From positions 1 through 35,824 of the forward strand of contig RBNJ01000237.1 of NCBI GenBank assembly GCA_003990765.1: a stretch of 35,824 nt of DNA, read 5' to 3'. Of this stretch, positions 32,297 through 35,824 are shown in pieces. The DNA is from Jimgerdemannia flammicorona (lineage: Eukaryota). The notes under the pieces are model-generated. The model was not told the origin of the DNA, searched no databases, and saw only the letters and a list, made by a program, of their open reading frames with translations. The position numbers were made by a program, and so were the translations under genes. The first letter of the stretch is position 1. Every line of letters begins with the position of its first letter.

Positions 32297-33222
32297 AAGT
32301 TTATGAGCCCTGCTTAGCAGCTAAAAAGAAACACCTCTCTAAGACTGTATGCTACTCTATACTAAGATATTATAAGAGATAAATTAAAGAACTAGTATGA
32401 GCATACTAAATATAGCTATAGCAGATGTGAGTCCCCCCAGAATGGGTACAATGATAGTCACAGTCCCTGTAGCAAGTATAAATATAGCCAAGAGGTCAAT
32501 TCCAATCTTTGATAGTAAGAATTATACTATTTGGGTATTTCATATGAGTAATCTTTTAGAAGAATATAGCTTAATAGAGTATACAAAATCACAAGTATAG
32601 ATTTAAGGTTATGATGCTGTAAACAATTACAAAGCATTATATAAAATCACATTCATATTGTTAAAATTGCAAATAAAGCATATAATGTATATAATAACTA
32701 CTTATAAAGTATGAGAAACTCTATATAATTATTATATATAAATATCTATATCAAATTAATACTACTTAAAATCTCAGCTATTTAATTTATAAATGAAGTC
32801 CAAAAAGAGTATCTATGAATATACTGATTATATTAATAATCTGATAAAACAAGTGAATTCTCTAAGTATTTAGCAGAGTATATAAGCAATAAAGATAAGG
32901 TTCTGATACTTATAAAAAGCCTCTCTGAGACATATAATATTATAGTAGCAGTTATATATAAAAGCAGTAAGCATATGAACTATATTCTTATAATAAAAAG
33001 TTTTATGAATAAGGAGATATATTAAGAAAACAGTAGTGATGATAATAAAAAATATTTTATAGATCACACAGATGAGATAAGAAGTACCAATAAGGTCAGA
33101 AATATAAATCTACTAAGTTTGATAGCAACTGTCATTACTGTAGCAAGTATGGATATATATAGAATAACTACTATTATAATGATAAGAAGAATGATGAAAA
33201 TAAGTATAAAGACTAATATTAG
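32143..33222 (+). mobile_element. 5' part of Ty1/copia element G (LTR, PBS, gag), interrupted by H
   Basis: LTR TGTTG...CAACA at 32143-32296 and PBS GTTTATGAGCCC at 32299-32310. Gag IPIFDSKNYTIW (ORF 32397-32600) and decayed knuckle CHYCSKYGYI*NNY (~33130-33171). Confidence 0.88.
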
Positions 33223-35100
33223 TATTGAAAAGAGAGGCATTTTTATTGAGCTTACATAGGATATATATTTTATACATTACTGATAGATAATATAAAACTG
33301 ATGAAATCACTAATCATATATTAATATATTGAGTTACCATCCTAACACTCTTGCTCAACAAGATATGTAAAAAAAAAAGGAATATACAAAAATATACCCA
33401 AATAAGAAAAATAGAATATAAACTAGAAAAAAAAGACAATACATAATATATACCAAAAAAAGAGCTAGAACTGTATGTAACCTAAATACTAAAATATAAA
33501 ATCCAATATTTAAGGAATATTTACAGATTAAAAAGTATTCTGAAATACTTGAAATATTTACAATAATATCTACAGAAATATACTATAACTCACTCATACA
33601 TATGTAAAAAATACAATATAATATTATTTACTTATAGATAAGAGATATAACTGATATATATATAGTTAGAGAGACTTTTTGCAGTCTGAAAAGTATTCAG
33701 TAATTAATCAAGTAGTAGTATAAGATCTATTTCTTCAATACATTGCTTGAACTTTAGCTTTAAAAGGGCTTTAGTAAGTAAATCAGTAGTTATATACTCT
33801 GTAGAGATATATTTCAGATATATAGTATAATTTTCTATATATTTATGAATAAAGTAATACTATATATTGATATATTTCATTCTGCTATAGTACACTGGAT
33901 TCTTGATAAGTGCTATCATCAATTAGTTATCTTACTTAATCAGTATAGAGTTCTTTTAAGTAAAACTGAGCTCCTTTAATAGTTTATAAAGTCAAATGAC
34001 TTTCTTTGTTACTAATGACAATACCTGATACTCTATCTGTATTGAGAATATTCTACTTATATGTTTGCCATAAAATGATAGATTCTTTGCTAATGTGAAA
34101 AAGATATCTGATCATAAACTAATAGTCATCTAAGTCTCCAGCTCAGTTGATATTATAAGTACCAGATAGCTAGATACTATTGCTCTTTCTTAATCTAATA
34201 TCACTGCTTAATATAAGTATTTAGTATGCTGATCTCTTTAAATACCTAAATATCCTCTTAATTACTATCTAATATAAGTTATCATAGCTTGAGCAATACT
34301 ACACTATCTTATTCATAATATATGATATATCAGGTCTCATTTCTAGTATAAGATATATAAGAGAACTAACTACTTATTTGTAAGAAATATTGTTGATAGC
34401 ATTCTTGATAGGCATATTGTTGTTATCTGTTTTAAGCATATTATTGGACTTCCTTAGTTTCATAGAAGTCTCTATTAGAGTGCCAATGAGCTTGCAATTA
34501 CTCATATTAAAGTGTTTGAGGATTATTTGAGTATATGTTACTTGTGAGAGGTATATGGTATATGTATTTCTATTATATATGATAGATACCCTCAATAAGA
34601 AGGATGTATTGCCTATGTTGGTTATTTTGAATTCTTGGCATAGAGTTTTCTTTACTCTATTAAGCCTATTCTTGCTGGCTACAATGATGATATCATCAAC
34701 CTACATATATACTGATGAATACTATACCATTATCATAATACTGAATATATATATAATTATCTACTTTATAATACTTAAATCTATTATCAAGGAGATATTT
34801 ATTAATTCTTTTATTTCATAGGTACACTGCTTGCTTGATGCTGTATAATCCTTTATATAATCAACATATAAGCTTACTGTTCTAGTTATTATATAGTTTA
34901 TATTCTTATAGTTGATGAAGATATCTATATCACCATTCAGGAAAGCTGTCTTAATATCCATCTAATAGATCTCCAGATCATACAGCATGCCAATCATAAG
35001 GAGTATTCTAAGTGAAGTAATCTTGAATACTGATGAAAATATATTATTATAGTCTATACTATAATCTTGTAAATAATCCTTAGTAATGAAATGAGCTTTA
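33223..35100 (-). mobile_element. 3' part of Ty1/copia element H (RT, RNase H, PPT, 3' LTR), interrupted by LINE I
   Basis: Minus strand: KAHFITKDYLQ (from KARFVAKGYSQ) at ~35099, MDIKTAFLNGDID (34961), *VDDIII (~34700), RMKYINI*YYF (~33885), DLLTKAL (~33786). PPT GAGCAAGAG at 33348-33356 and LTR TGTTAG...TCAATA at 33347-33223. Confidence 0.87.
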
Positions 35101-35824
35101 CTGGTGTGGAAATGAGGGGGAGGAGGTATGGGGTCCTGCTATGTGGCGATGGGACTGCCTGCTTCTAGGGGGAGTTCCACTAGCCAAGTTTGACATTGGA
35201 GATGGAGTAGAGTGTCAGCGGCGAATTGGCCAGGATCTTTCGCCAAGTAGCTGGCAGGCGGTGAGGATTGGTGAAGGGTGGGATTGGACAAGGATCTGGT
35301 CTTGGAGTACAGAGGTCCAGCGGTGGCTTCCTCCCAAGTTCTGGGTAGTGTGGTGGTGAATGTTGTGGAGGAATGTTATGTTGAACTTCCGTGCTGGGCA
35401 TCTGGTGGATGGGGGTCAGCTAGATTGTGAGGAGTGTTATAATGTTGGGCAGGTTGGGGGTTTTGTGCAAACACCTGAACATTGGCTGGGGGAGTGTGAG
35501 GTTCTGGGTGACTTTTGGATTGCTGTAGGGGACCGCCTTGGGGTTGAAAGGAGACCAGATGGGGAGAGAGGTCGCTGGGAAGATCTGGAATCTAGACTTG
35601 TGGGAGGGGTTGGCAATCAGTGGCTTACTGTAGGTTGGATTGTGGCAGTGTGGGTGGGGTTGGCTGGACATTGGCTCTTTGTTTTTGAGGAGGGGCAATA
35701 GATAGGGATCCGGGAAAAGTTATCAAGATGGGAGGAGTTGGTGGCAGATTTGCTGACAGGGTGGTGGGTTGGGTGGGGACAGCAAGGTGGGCATCGTCGC
35801 CGTCTGGTGGAGGGGATATGTGCG
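35101..35824 (+). mobile_element. 5'-truncated L1/Tx1-like LINE I (ORF2 C-terminus), related to F; runs off the window
   Basis: Colinear with F from ~23843 to ~24566 (WGPxMWRWD, LPPKFW, CEECYNV, TPEHWLxEC, GHWLFVFEEG). Starts abruptly inside the RT of H. Confidence 0.93.

Noticed and set aside
33292..33320. Apparent copia protease motif on the plus strand (TDEITNHI)
   Set aside because: It lies within the minus-strand 3' LTR of H (33223-33347), which has a PPT, TATA, AATAAA and termini. The resemblance is by chance.
1..35824. Alternative genetic code or stop-codon readthrough to explain the many in-frame TGA/TAG/TAA codons
   Set aside because: The stops differ between copies, map to Arg, Gln and Trp codons by single transitions, and are absent from the host gene.

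Overview
This is eukaryotic DNA, most likely fungal. The spliceosomal introns, GGTTATGAGCCC-type copia primer-binding sites and a secreted Kelch protein suggest Mucoromycota, but that assignment is inference. About 90% of the window is a nest of decayed retrotransposons around one apparently intact host gene, a 6-exon secreted Kelch beta-propeller (29818-31451). The nesting can be read from target-site duplications (TSDs). An old Ty1/copia element E (3544-27799) contains two full-length Ty3/gypsy elements, B (7314-14024, minus) and C (14727-27277, plus). C contains a full-length L1/Tx1-like LINE F (18859-24774, 15-bp TSD, A48 tail). On the left are the 3' end of gypsy A, a non-autonomous derivative D with a minisatellite core, and a solo LTR inserted into D's LTR. 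On the right, copia G is interrupted by copia H, which is interrupted by a 5'-truncated LINE I. The most unusual feature is the gypsy family. It has a single gag-pol with a Cys/His module and a dUTPase between protease and RT, no chromodomain, 4-bp ATAT/ATAG TSDs, and a conserved ~153-aa extra ORF3 of unknown function in the env position. ORF3 adjoins U3 regions built of tandem ~18-bp palindromes that differ between subfamilies. All repeats show strong C:G->T:A hypermutation that scales with nesting age and stops near the gene. LINE F carries a clean 185-bp internal inversion. All alignments were done by eye and no database searches were run.
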